DNA of 64,000 bases from Geopsychrobacteraceae bacterium (GTDB taxonomy: Bacteria; Desulfobacterota; Desulfuromonadia; Desulfuromonadales; Geopsychrobacteraceae), in contig OY759353.1 in NCBI GenBank assembly GCA_963662315.1, positions 3,744,001 to 3,808,000 on the forward strand, read 5' to 3'. The notes below the pieces were generated by a model. That model was given only the letters and a program-made list of their open reading frames with translations. It had not been told where the DNA came from and made no database searches. The position numbers and the translations under genes were made by a program. Positions 30,228 through 39,223 of this stretch are shown one piece after another. The stretch's first letter is position 1. Each line of letters starts with the position of its first letter.

Positions 30228-32069
30228 ATGCGCCATTCAGGGTTAACTCTACTGTTTTTACTCTTGACCTGCCTGCTGGTGGTTGGCTGTCAGGCTCCAG
30301 TTGGTGATGGCTCGTCCTGCGCGCAATGCCATGTCGGTTTGGAAACTGTTTCGGATATTCATGGCCGCTGTGTCGACTGCCATGGCGGAGATCCGCAAGC
30401 TACGGCTGAAAAAGCCTCTCATCGCGGCATGTTCGGGCCGAAAAATCCTGCCGCTCCCGAATCCTGGGAAAAGACCTGTGGTCGTTGCCATCCCTATCAA
30501 CTGGACCGGGTTCGCGCCAATTTAATGTATACCAACACCGGTATCATCAATGGCGCCCAGGCGACCTGGGAGGGTATTGACGGTAACCTGTACGCAACGC
30601 GCCAGGAGGAATTGCCATCAGCAGTGGGGGAGCCTGTGAAGCTGAAACCGGTTGCGGAGTTGGATAACCTGGCTGGGGAACTTTACCGCAAGACCTGTTC
30701 CTTGTGTCATATCGGCAGTGACACCAATATCCTCTGGGCAGCGAGCCACGCATCTGGATGCGGGGCCTGTCATTTCCCTTACAACGACAATGCCACCTAT
30801 CAGGGGGGGGATCAAACCGTTAAAGGGGACTGGCCTCATTCGGCAAGTCATAAAATGGAAAATCTGCCTGATAACAAGGTCTGTGCGCGTTGTCACAGCC
30901 GCAGCGGGCGAATTGCCCTGAGCTATGAAGGGCGTAATGACGGGAATAACAGTCTGGTCCCAACCCGAAACGGGGATATCGGTCCTGACATTGTCAGTGG
31001 CCCACGCAACCTGACTCGTATTTCCGCAGATATCCACCATGACAAGGGCCTTGAATGTATCGATTGCCATACCTCTCGGGATATAATGGGGGATGGCTAT
31101 GCTTATGAACATCTTTATCAGCAGGTTGAAGTTTCCTGCCAAGACTGCCATGGCGCGGCAACCGCGTTTCCTGCAAGCGAAAAAATTGCGCGGGAGAATG
31201 ATGAGGTCTTACGGGAATCGGCATATTACCCGCGCCAGATGCGTCAGGGCGATGCCATGGTTCTGACCGCCAAAGGGCGCAAGTACGCCAATGTGTTTGT
31301 CTCTGAAGAGAAGGTCTGGGTGCAGGGAAAACGTTCTGGTAAGCTGCATGAAAGTAAGGTCATCACTGCAACTCCGGAACATACGATCAAAGGGCATGAG
31401 CGTTTGGAATGCTATACATGTCATTCCCGTTCTGTGGCTCAGTGCTATGGATGCCACACCGAATATGACCAGCGTCAAGAGAGTACCGACTATATTAAAA
31501 ATAAGAAAACTCCGGGTAAGTTCACCGAAACCGAGGATTACCGCACCCTGTATCCGTTTCCGCTGGCGTTAAATCAACGTGGCCGGATTTCACCGGTGAC
31601 ACCAGGCTGTCAGACGTTTGTTTCGGTGATCAACCCACAGGGGGAGAAAGTTGCCGATGAATATGTGGCGGTTTATAAAGGTAAGCCGCAACTGCGCTTT
31701 GCGCCGTTTTTCGGGCATAATGTCGGGGGCAGAGCCATCGGCTGCCGTGAGTGTCATGCAAACCCGGCTTTTCTGGGTTTTGGGCAGCATGTCAGTGCCG
31801 GGAACAATATTGAAGCAACCCTGCTGTGTGAAAAATCTGACAGTAAACCGCTGGATGGCTTTATCACCATGACCGCAGGTCAGGTTAAGGCTTTTTCGGC
31901 CATTACGAGGGATAATTCCAGACCACTGAATACCGCAGAGGTCAGGAAAGTTTTGGCTGTCAATTTGTGTCTTGTTTGTCACGATAACCCTAAAGATCCG
32001 ATTTACCAGAAGGAACTGGATTACGATGTTCTGGATTCTTGTCTTAAGCGCGCTGCTGTCATTCAGTAA
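30228..32069 (+). CDS. extM: ExtM-like 12-heme c-type cytochrome lipoprotein
   Basis: 12 CxxCH motifs counted; lipobox VVGC. Confidence 0.85.
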   Translation: MRHSGLTLLFLLLTCLLVVGCQAPVGDGSSCAQCHVGLETVSDIHGRCVDCHGGDPQATAEKASHRGMFGPKNPAAPESWEKTCGRCHPYQLDRVRANLMYTNTGIINGAQATWEGIDGNLYATRQEELPSAVGEPVKLKPVAELDNLAGELYRKTCSLCHIGSDTNILWAASHASGCGACHFPYNDNATYQGGDQTVKGDWPHSASHKMENLPDNKVCARCHSRSGRIALSYEGRNDGNNSLVPTRNGDIGPDIVSGPRNLTRISADIHHDKGLECIDCHTSRDIMGDGYAYEHLYQQVEVSCQDCHGAATAFPASEKIARENDEVLRESAYYPRQMRQGDAMVLTAKGRKYANVFVSEEKVWVQGKRSGKLHESKVITATPEHTIKGHERLECYTCHSRSVAQCYGCHTEYDQRQESTDYIKNKKTPGKFTETEDYRTLYPFPLALNQRGRISPVTPGCQTFVSVINPQGEKVADEYVAVYKGKPQLRFAPFFGHNVGGRAIGCRECHANPAFLGFGQHVSAGNNIEATLLCEKSDSKPLDGFITMTAGQVKAFSAITRDNSRPLNTAEVRKVLAVNLCLVCHDNPKDPIYQKELDYDVLDSCLKRAAVIQ

Positions 32070-33252
32070 TGCTGCTCTGGCAATTGAGCCTCAGCTGACC
32101 GGTGGACATGCTGGTCTCGCCTGTTCCAGTTGTCATGGTGACGGGGTGGTTGATGGCCGTAACCTGTCTTCTGCCGTGAGCAGGGCCCGGGGGTGTACTT
32201 CGTGCCACCAGGGTTACGATCGAATCTTTGACCAGGTGATGACCACCCGTGACGCGGAAAAACAATTTTGTAAGCGGAGCTTTGGCAAGGTAGACGCTGA
32301 CTTTTTCAGTAATAACTGCAACGCGTGCCATGTCTCTGATTGCCTTGATTGCCACGGCCCCAATGGCCACCAACTGGTAGTGGGGGGGCAGGATAACTGT
32401 CTGGCGTGTCATAAATCATACTTTGTCGGTCATGAGTACCTGGGGCTGGCTCCCCGGGAAGACCATCCCCGTTATCAACGGGGTCCAGAAAGTCATGGTG
32501 ATCACTATCTGAAAATGCGGCCGGATATTCATTATGAAAATGGGCTGGAGTGTCGAGACTGTCATTCCATGCAGAGTTTTTTTGCTGGGCAAGCGTCAGC
32601 AAAAAACTGCCAGGATTGCCATCAGCCTGACATGCGGGTCGTGGAACACCGGATCTCCGCTCATATGGAGAAGCTTGAGTGCTATGCCTGCCACTCCGCC
32701 TGGGGGGCACAGGAATATGGTAGTTTCTTTTTACGCTTTAGCAAAGATAAGCAAGATTCTGCTGTGAAGGATTTCAAGGCGCCTTCTTTAAATGGGCCCT
32801 ATCTGCAGCGGGCCTACTTGCGTCGGCAGGATGCCCCGCCCTTGGGATATAACCAGCGTGGTAAACTCAGCCCGCTTCGCCCGCAATTTATAAGCTATTA
32901 TTCAGACCTGCGCGGTGATGGATTTCCCGTGGATGAAAATCAGTTTATGGTTGCCGAGTGGAAAGCCTTTTTCCCGCATACTGTCCGGCGTGGAAGCGTT
33001 ATGTGTGACAGTTGTCATAACGATGCCCGGCGCTATTTACTTGAAGCCCCTGAAGACAGAATTTATCGTATTGATCTTGACGGTCTTGGTCTGTCGTCGT
33101 TCTGGAACCAGCAGGGGCAGACCCTGATTAATGGATCGTTTGTCAGTTCTGAACAATTTAGCGAACTCACCAAAAAGGATGCGGCCTACACCAGGGCGTA
33201 TGTGGAACGATGGCAGAAACTGATCGGTCACGGCGACGCTTCATCAGAGTGA
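32026..33252 (+). CDS. 9-heme periplasmic c-type cytochrome (ExtN/CbcN-like)
   Basis: Signal peptide; 9 CxxCH motifs counted. Confidence 0.88.
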   Translation: MFWILVLSALLSFSNAALAIEPQLTGGHAGLACSSCHGDGVVDGRNLSSAVSRARGCTSCHQGYDRIFDQVMTTRDAEKQFCKRSFGKVDADFFSNNCNACHVSDCLDCHGPNGHQLVVGGQDNCLACHKSYFVGHEYLGLAPREDHPRYQRGPESHGDHYLKMRPDIHYENGLECRDCHSMQSFFAGQASAKNCQDCHQPDMRVVEHRISAHMEKLECYACHSAWGAQEYGSFFLRFSKDKQDSAVKDFKAPSLNGPYLQRAYLRRQDAPPLGYNQRGKLSPLRPQFISYYSDLRGDGFPVDENQFMVAEWKAFFPHTVRRGSVMCDSCHNDARRYLLEAPEDRIYRIDLDGLGLSSFWNQQGQTLINGSFVSSEQFSELTKKDAAYTRAYVERWQKLIGHGDASSE

Positions 33253-33605
33253 TGGCTCTGATCGGTGCTTCGGGAGTGTTTTTGTGGCGCTTCCTGGTGC
33301 CCCGCCCCAAGGTTCAGGGGCGTGAACTGCTGGAAATTAAGCGTGATGAAGTCCCGCTGCGCGGCGCCTTGGTCTATAAACGTGCCCGTGTGGTTGTGAT
33401 CAGAAGCGAACAGGAGATCTATGCCTTAAGCCTGGTTTGCCCACATCTGGGATGTACCGTCAACGTGACGGCAGAACAATTGGTCTGTCCTTGCCATGGC
33501 AGCGCCTTTGACCGGGAAGGAAATGTCCTGAAAGGACCATCGCCTAAACCACTGCAGCGTCTTGAAGTGAGGGAACGTGGCGATAAACTGGTGGTGCTGG
33601 TATGA
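33210..33605 (+). CDS. Rieske [2Fe-2S] protein with Tat anchor
   Basis: SRRRFI; CPHLGC and CPCHGS. Confidence 0.93.
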   Translation: MAETDRSRRRFIRVMALIGASGVFLWRFLVPRPKVQGRELLEIKRDEVPLRGALVYKRARVVVIRSEQEIYALSLVCPHLGCTVNVTAEQLVCPCHGSAFDREGNVLKGPSPKPLQRLEVRERGDKLVVLV

Positions 33606-34240
33606 AAAGCGAAGATGACTTTGTCAAAGAATTTGTCAAGCACCTGTTCCCGCGGGTGGTGTTGAAGCGCAATCTGACGCTGTCTTATACCTTCTGCCTG
33701 GGAGGTCTTGCTTTTACGGCCATGCTGGTATTAATCGTTTCCGGTATTCTGCTGATGTTCCACTATCAGCCAGATACCGACCGCGCCTTTCTGTCTATTC
33801 TCTATATCGAAAACGACGTGCCAGGGGGGTGGTATATCCGTAACCTGCACCGATTGTCTGCCAACTTTTTCCTGGTTCTGATCTTTCTCCATACACTGCG
33901 GGTGCTGTTGACCGGAGCCTATCGCAAACCGCGTGAGCTGAACTGGGTGATCGGTTTTGGCCTGTTGTGCCTGGCCCTGTTCGAAGGGTATACCGGTTAT
34001 CTGTTACCCATGGATCAACTGGCGCTGTGGGCTACCCAGACGGGCATGAACCTGCTGGCAACGCTTCCATTTGGTGAATTGTTGCGCAGCTTTCTGGTAC
34101 CTGATGATGTCGGCCAGCCCATGTCGCTGATCCGCTTTTACGTGCTGCACATTGCTGTACTTCCGGTGACCATGTTGATCCTGTGCATGCTGCACTTTTA
34201 TCGCATCCGCAAAGACAAAGGAGTTTTGCCATACCTATGA
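33602..34240 (+). CDS. extP: Cytochrome b6-like subunit (ExtP-like)
   Basis: FCLGG, four His ligands, TGYLLP.DQ. Confidence 0.88.
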   Translation: MKSEDDFVKEFVKHLFPRVVLKRNLTLSYTFCLGGLAFTAMLVLIVSGILLMFHYQPDTDRAFLSILYIENDVPGGWYIRNLHRLSANFFLVLIFLHTLRVLLTGAYRKPRELNWVIGFGLLCLALFEGYTGYLLPMDQLALWATQTGMNLLATLPFGELLRSFLVPDDVGQPMSLIRFYVLHIAVLPVTMLILCMLHFYRIRKDKGVLPYL

Positions 34241-34644
34241 ACGACTATGTCAAATCCTCCCCTTATTTTTTCCGGATCATCAAGATTTCCTTTGCCCTGC
34301 TTGTGGTGATTTTGCTGCTGCTGGCCTTTTTCATCGATGCTCCCCTGCAGGGCCCTGCTGATATCAGCCGGGTGCCGAATCCGTCCAAGTCCGCCTGGTT
34401 TTTGATGTGGACCCAGGAGCTGGTCAGCTACTCGAGTCTGATGGTTTATTTGATCCTTGCTATCGGTTTACTGTTTCTCTGCTTGCCCTGGTTGCCTGTG
34501 AGTAAAACGGCAGAGGCGGCCAGCTGGTTTAGCCGGGAGCAGAAAAGTGTCAATATTATTGTCGTACTGACTTTTGTGGCGATTGTGCTGCTGACGGTCA
34601 TCGCAGTTTATTTTCGGGGCGAAAATTGGGCGCTCGTATTCTGA
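34237..34644 (+). CDS. extQ: Cytochrome b subunit IV-like membrane protein (ExtQ-like)
   Basis: APLQGPAD...PNPSKSAWF; three TM helices; ATGA overlap. Confidence 0.8.
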   Translation: MNDYVKSSPYFFRIIKISFALLVVILLLLAFFIDAPLQGPADISRVPNPSKSAWFLMWTQELVSYSSLMVYLILAIGLLFLCLPWLPVSKTAEAASWFSREQKSVNIIVVLTFVAIVLLTVIAVYFRGENWALVF

Positions 34645-35456
34645 TTATAGCGGCTCTCTGGCTTGTTATTGCCGCTACGACAGGCGCACAAGAGCGCAAT
34701 GACTGCCTTGCCTGCCATCCTGTCCATTATGTTGAACAGGGGCGCTGTGTCACCTGCCATCGCGGCTTTGCCGGGACCAGGCGCATCAACATCGCTCATG
34801 AGGGGTTGATTGCCGGGCGCTTTGCCGCTTTTACGCTAGCCGGGAGCGAGGTTGTCGAAGAAGGGACGCAACTGCTGAAACAGTACGCCTGTCGACGCTG
34901 TCACATCAGTCAGGACCTGGGCAATCGTCTGGCTGCAAATCTTGACCTGTCCCAGCAGCAGAGAACCCCTGAAGAGTTGGATGAGAGTATTCGCAATCCG
35001 GTCCTTTTTATGCCGCAGTTTCATTTTTATGCAAAACAGCGCATCGCTCTGGTCAACGCGATACTGTGGGGGGGACGTCAGGTGGAGATTCCCGAACAGG
35101 AGCCGCCCCTGGTGGTTCATTTTGAAGGGGAGACAACAACCCGGGAATTTGCTTTTGAGAAGTATTGCGGCAAATGCCACCGTGCGCTGACCGAAAAATA
35201 CGGTGGTTTGGGTGCAAGCCTGACCGGGCCCAACTTGTCGGGCCTGTTCAGCGAGTTTTATCCGACCAGCTTCGGTGAGGATAACCAACCCTGGACCCCT
35301 GAGAACCTCAAGAAATGGATCAAAAATCCGCGCAGCGTCAACAACTTTGCCCGTATGCCGCCGCTGGTGGTTAATGATGCTGAAATTGACCGCATTACTC
35401 AGGAATTGCAGGTCAAGGCGTCAACTCCTGCGGTGCGGGCCGCTCACCTGCAGTAG
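34626..35456 (+). CDS. Tetraheme c-type cytochrome (ExtS-like)
   Basis: CLACH, CVTCH, CRRCH, CGKCH; GPNL and RMPP class I features. Confidence 0.82.
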   Translation: MGARILIIAALWLVIAATTGAQERNDCLACHPVHYVEQGRCVTCHRGFAGTRRINIAHEGLIAGRFAAFTLAGSEVVEEGTQLLKQYACRRCHISQDLGNRLAANLDLSQQQRTPEELDESIRNPVLFMPQFHFYAKQRIALVNAILWGGRQVEIPEQEPPLVVHFEGETTTREFAFEKYCGKCHRALTEKYGGLGASLTGPNLSGLFSEFYPTSFGEDNQPWTPENLKKWIKNPRSVNNFARMPPLVVNDAEIDRITQELQVKASTPAVRAAHLQ

Positions 35457-35458
35457 CT

Positions 35459-36148
35459 CTATTCTCTGGTCTCTCCTCCCCATGCCTCCAGGCCCCAGGA
35501 TCTGAATCGCGGTAACCATGAAGAAGGAGTCTTTGGTGTCGTGGGTTGTGCAGGTCCTTTTTTGTTCGTTTGTAGCGTTTTTCGTGTGTCCTTTTGCGCA
35601 GGAGGAAATTCGACCGCCTCTGCTGTGGAATCCGTGTTGACTGTTGCTTGCAAAGACGCTTTGGGTTTTTCAGTTGTGGCTGGCAGCGTGGGGCTGTCAT
35701 CAGTACTGATTGGTTCCGAGCAAGTTGTCAATGTTGCAAATATTTCACGGATGGCGAAAGCGGGATCAGGCTTGTCCTCGCCCTGAGGAAACACGTAATC
35801 CACCTGGTTTATGGGGGCGTTTGATCTAGAGGGATAAAAGTCCAGGTGCAGGCGCCGTAATCTTTGGACCCTTTGACTCTCCTGGGTTAAATCTTCTCTC
35901 ACCTCAGGGGTGTAAGTGATAAGCAAGTCCGGCTGAGCAGGGTTTTCTGGACTGGTTATGCCCAGGGAAGTTAATTCCTGACGAATCAGTTCGCCGAAAT
36001 GCCACTGGTCCGGTTGAGTCGTTTTGACTGTAGCAAAACGGACCTTCTGCCAATTGATGTTTTCTGTACGATGGATTGACGTTGCCGAGCAGCCGAGCAG
36101 GGTGATGAGAAATAAACTACAACTGGCCAAGGCAGTCTGTTTCTTCAT
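35459..36148 (-). CDS. Hypothetical lipoprotein
   Basis: Lipobox LLGC; Thr/Pro-rich linker; GGAG RBS. Confidence 0.65.
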   Translation of the reverse strand: MKKQTALASCSLFLITLLGCSATSIHRTENINWQKVRFATVKTTQPDQWHFGELIRQELTSLGITSPENPAQPDLLITYTPEVREDLTQESQRVQRLRRLHLDFYPSRSNAPINQVDYVFPQGEDKPDPAFAIREIFATLTTCSEPISTDDSPTLPATTEKPKASLQATVNTDSTAEAVEFPPAQKDTRKTLQTNKKGPAQPTTPKTPSSWLPRFRSWGLEAWGGETRE

Positions 36149-36373
36149 GGCATCTCCGATTATTCAGAGGGAACAGGAGTCATTCATGGTCAGGAGCAAA
36201 CGCTGTGCCGTGGCACTCACAGCATCATAAATTGATCCGGCGGGGAATGCTATGATTCTGATAGTTTCTCTGTGTTTTTAATCATTTTTTGCTATGATGC
36301 CAACAGTGTAGTCTGTTTTATTGTGGATGGCGAGGAAAACACATTTCTTCTTTTACATGACATGTAAATCTCT

Positions 36374-37804
36374 ATGAATAATTTACCGGATAATAGTATT
36401 CAACATTTGCCAGCTGTCGCTCCGGACCTGTTGCTGGTGCGCTGGGGGAGTGGTGACTGGCAGATCCAGAGAGTCTCCGAGCGTCTTGCTGTCTGGCTGA
36501 AGACAGATCCGCGTGATGCCCGGGGACGCCTGGTGGACGGACTATTTCCTGATGCCGTTCCGGCTTTAAGTGAGTTAGTAAGCGAGGTTATAGCTCAGGG
36601 GCAGGACCTGCTTGGCATCAAGGTCCGCTTAGTGCCTGACCAGCCTGGCTTTGTTGCGGACATCCAGTTTGCCGGGTTGACTGAAGATTATCTGGGACAA
36701 CTGGTGCGCGTCAGTTTGCGTACTGAAACGTTGGCCAGCAAGCAGGAAACCGGTTTCCGTAATCTTATCGGCATCAGCCCTGCCATGCGTGAAGTGTTTC
36801 GCAAAATCAGGCTTTATGCCGCTTCGGATGCGGCCGTCATCATTACCGGTGAAACCGGGGCCGGGAAAGAACTGGTTGCCCAGGCGCTGCATGAAGAAAG
36901 TCCCCGCGCCAATAAACCTTTTGCGGCGCTCAACTGCGCCGCGATCAGTGAACAGTTGCTAGAGTCGGAACTGTTTGGCCACGACAAAGGAGCTTTTACA
37001 GGTGCTTTGCGTGATCACCGGGGTTATTTTGAACGGGCCGACGGCGGCTCATTGTTCCTTGACGAACTGGGCGATATGCCCCTCCATACGCAGACCAAGC
37101 TGCTGCGGGTTCTGGAAGACGGCAAGGTTCAGCGGGTTGGCAGTGAAAGGAGCCACCAGGTTGACGTGCGCTTTATTGGTGCCACCAATGTGCCGCTGGA
37201 GCAGGCGGTAGCTGAAAACCGGTTTCGTGCTGACCTTTATCATCGTCTTGCTGTCCTGCGCATTCATCTGCCCCCTCTGCGCGAACGGCATGAAGACATT
37301 CCGTTGCTGGCCAACATGTTTCTCAAGCGCTTTAATGATCGCTATGGAAAAGGGGCCAAGCGCCTGACCAGCGAAGCGATCCGCCTGTTGCAGTCGTATA
37401 TGTGGCCCGGTAATGTGCGTGAACTGCGTAATGTTATTGAGCGCGTGGTTGTCGAAACCGAAGCCGAGGCCATCAGCGCCAAAGCCTTTACAGAGTGGAT
37501 TCGCGAGCGCCAGCAGTTCGCTACAATGAACAGTCCTCAAACAGGGGCGGCAGATTATCGCAGTCTGCCCGTTGCAATGCCCTACGCAGGGCATGATGCC
37601 GCTCCGGTTTATCATAGTGAAGCGGTCCCTGTGCAGGAGCGCGGAGCCAAGCGGAAATCAGCGTTGAGCGAAGAGACGATTCGCCGCGCTTATGTACAGG
37701 CGGATGGTAATATATCCGAGGCTGCCCGGCTGCTTGGTATCCACCGGGCGACGCTCTATCGTCATCTTCAGCGTCTTAACATTGATCGCACCGACCTCGA
37801 CTGA
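36374..37804 (+). CDS. Sigma54-dependent transcriptional activator (Fis HTH)
   Basis: GETGAGKE, GAFTGA, FLDE, WPGNVREL, AARLLGIHRATLYR; no receiver domain. Confidence 0.95.
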   Translation: MNNLPDNSIQHLPAVAPDLLLVRWGSGDWQIQRVSERLAVWLKTDPRDARGRLVDGLFPDAVPALSELVSEVIAQGQDLLGIKVRLVPDQPGFVADIQFAGLTEDYLGQLVRVSLRTETLASKQETGFRNLIGISPAMREVFRKIRLYAASDAAVIITGETGAGKELVAQALHEESPRANKPFAALNCAAISEQLLESELFGHDKGAFTGALRDHRGYFERADGGSLFLDELGDMPLHTQTKLLRVLEDGKVQRVGSERSHQVDVRFIGATNVPLEQAVAENRFRADLYHRLAVLRIHLPPLRERHEDIPLLANMFLKRFNDRYGKGAKRLTSEAIRLLQSYMWPGNVRELRNVIERVVVETEAEAISAKAFTEWIRERQQFATMNSPQTGAADYRSLPVAMPYAGHDAAPVYHSEAVPVQERGAKRKSALSEETIRRAYVQADGNISEAARLLGIHRATLYRHLQRLNIDRTDLD

Positions 37805-37819
37805 CTGGTACGCCTTTGT

Positions 37820-37875
37820 TGCGACGTTGCAGCTGTCGCAGGACTTAAAAGCTGCGTCACCCTTTGCAACGTCGC
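37820..37875. promoter_or_regulatory. Candidate upstream activator sequences
   Basis: Perfect inverted repeat GCGACGTTGCA (37821-31) / TGCAACGTCGC (37865-75); TGCGAC...GTCGCA palindrome. Confidence 0.55.
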
Positions 37876-37947
37876 TAAGATCATACCCTCCTCTGCCTCA
37901 TCTTCTAACTATCTAAAACTAGGTGTCTTTTGGCCCATCCTGAAAGT

Positions 37948-37963
37948 TGGCATCCCCTTTGAA
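37948..37963 (+). promoter_or_regulatory. Sigma54 -24/-12 promoter of the hsp20 genes
   Basis: TGGCATCCCCTTTGAA: GG-N10-GA variant of TGGCAC-N5-TTGC. Confidence 0.6.
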
Positions 37964-38019
37964 TTATGGTTAAGCCGTAAGCTTGATAAAAAACCAAAAC
38001 CAAAACAGGAGGACATATC

Positions 38020-38448
38020 ATGTTTGGATTCCAATTTGTAAACGATGCTCAGACAATTCAACGCGAGATGGACCAGCTCTTTCGTCATTTCGGTTTTAAC
38101 GAAGCGGTTGCCAAGGCTGCCCCAAGAATTGCCTTTAAGGTGACCGATCAGGGGGAGGCTTTTCAGGTTGAAGCTGTTGCCCCAGGTATTGACGCCGAGA
38201 AACTGAGTATTGACGTGATTGGGCGCAAAATTAAAATCGCTGGTGAATTCAAGGCTGAAGAGCACAAAGAGGATGTGCGCTGGTATCGTAATGAGCGCCG
38301 CAAAGGATCGTTTGAAAAAATATTTGCTCTGCCGGCAGATATTGATATCGAAAAGGTTGAAGCTGAATACAAACTGGGGATTTTGAAAATCAATCTTCCC
38401 AAAGCGCAAAGTGCTTTACCGAAGAAAATCGCGGTCAATGCGGCCTGA
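38020..38448 (+). CDS. Hsp20/alpha-crystallin small heat shock protein
   Basis: APG, ERRKGSF...F.LP, AEYKLGILKINLPK, KIAV tail. Confidence 0.93.
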   Translation: MFGFQFVNDAQTIQREMDQLFRHFGFNEAVAKAAPRIAFKVTDQGEAFQVEAVAPGIDAEKLSIDVIGRKIKIAGEFKAEEHKEDVRWYRNERRKGSFEKIFALPADIDIEKVEAEYKLGILKINLPKAQSALPKKIAVNAA

Positions 38449-38523
38449 TAAGAGCGGTATCACAGTGACGGGTGAACTCTTTTAAACGACAGCAAAATAA
38501 TCATTATTTTGAGGAGATAGACT

Positions 38524-38892
38524 ATGAGCGACAAAGAACTGATGACCCAGAATGTCCAGGATGTTGAACACGTTAACCAGGCTCACCCCCTTCATTGGGC
38601 GACACCGGCTGTCGATATTTACGAAACCGTTGAGGAGCTTGTCATCCAGGCCGATCTGCCGGGCATTCTTGATAACGGTTTGAAGATCGAGGTAAACAAC
38701 GGCATTCTGACTCTGGAAGCGACTCAGGCCGAAGCTGACCAGAATTACGGTTTCTATCGCCAGTTCAAAATTTCTGAACATGTCAACGCGGACGCAGCAG
38801 ATGCTGCTCTGAAAGATGGTGTATTAACCTTGAAGCTCCCAAAGAGTGAGGCGGCCAAACCGAAACGCATAGAAGTAAAGACGCTGCACTAA
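38524..38892 (+). CDS. Hsp20/alpha-crystallin small heat shock protein
   Basis: PAVDIYE, ADLPG, LKDGVLTLKLPK, RIEV tail. Confidence 0.93.
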   Translation: MSDKELMTQNVQDVEHVNQAHPLHWATPAVDIYETVEELVIQADLPGILDNGLKIEVNNGILTLEATQAEADQNYGFYRQFKISEHVNADAADAALKDGVLTLKLPKSEAAKPKRIEVKTLH

Positions 38893-38900
38893 CTTTTGCC

Positions 38901-38929
38901 AGCCAGGGTCTTTAGGCCCTGGCTTTTTT
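38901..38929 (+). terminator. Rho-independent terminator
   Basis: AGCCAGGGTC/GGCCCTGGCT stem plus T run. Confidence 0.8.
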
Positions 38930-39024
38930 GCGCAAGGCGGCAAGAAAGTCGCTATACTAAAGTAGGTTGATTTATAAAAGGAAGCATTTTGCTGTCTCAA
39001 TTCAATCTGTTGATGACGGTCCGA

Positions 39025-39123
39025 ACTTAGAACCTCCCATTTCCAGGGACGCATGAACCCATCCCTGGGGCTTGGCTGTCGCCATCCGGAAGACAGACAC
39101 CCTTCCAATGGGAAATTCTAAGT
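39025..39123. repeat. MITE/REP-like palindromic element
   Basis: 17-bp terminal inverted repeats (15/17 match) enclosing CCAGGGA/TCCCTGG and CTGTC/GACAG stems. Confidence 0.6.
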
Positions 39124-39223
39124 CCGTTCTGAAACTTTGGTGAAGTGAACTGGTTGTCTAGAAGAACTCATAAAGAAAAAACAATTTGCTGATAATAAAT
39201 TGATGTAGCAGGAGTGATAAGTC

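Noticed and set aside
23527..35456. Selenocysteine recoding as in ExtKL
   Set aside because: ORFs look complete; catalytic and terminal residues are Cys codons and no in-frame TGA read-through is needed
37805..39223. CIRCE/HrcA operator at heat-shock genes
   Set aside because: No TTAGCACTC-N9-GAGTGCTAA seen
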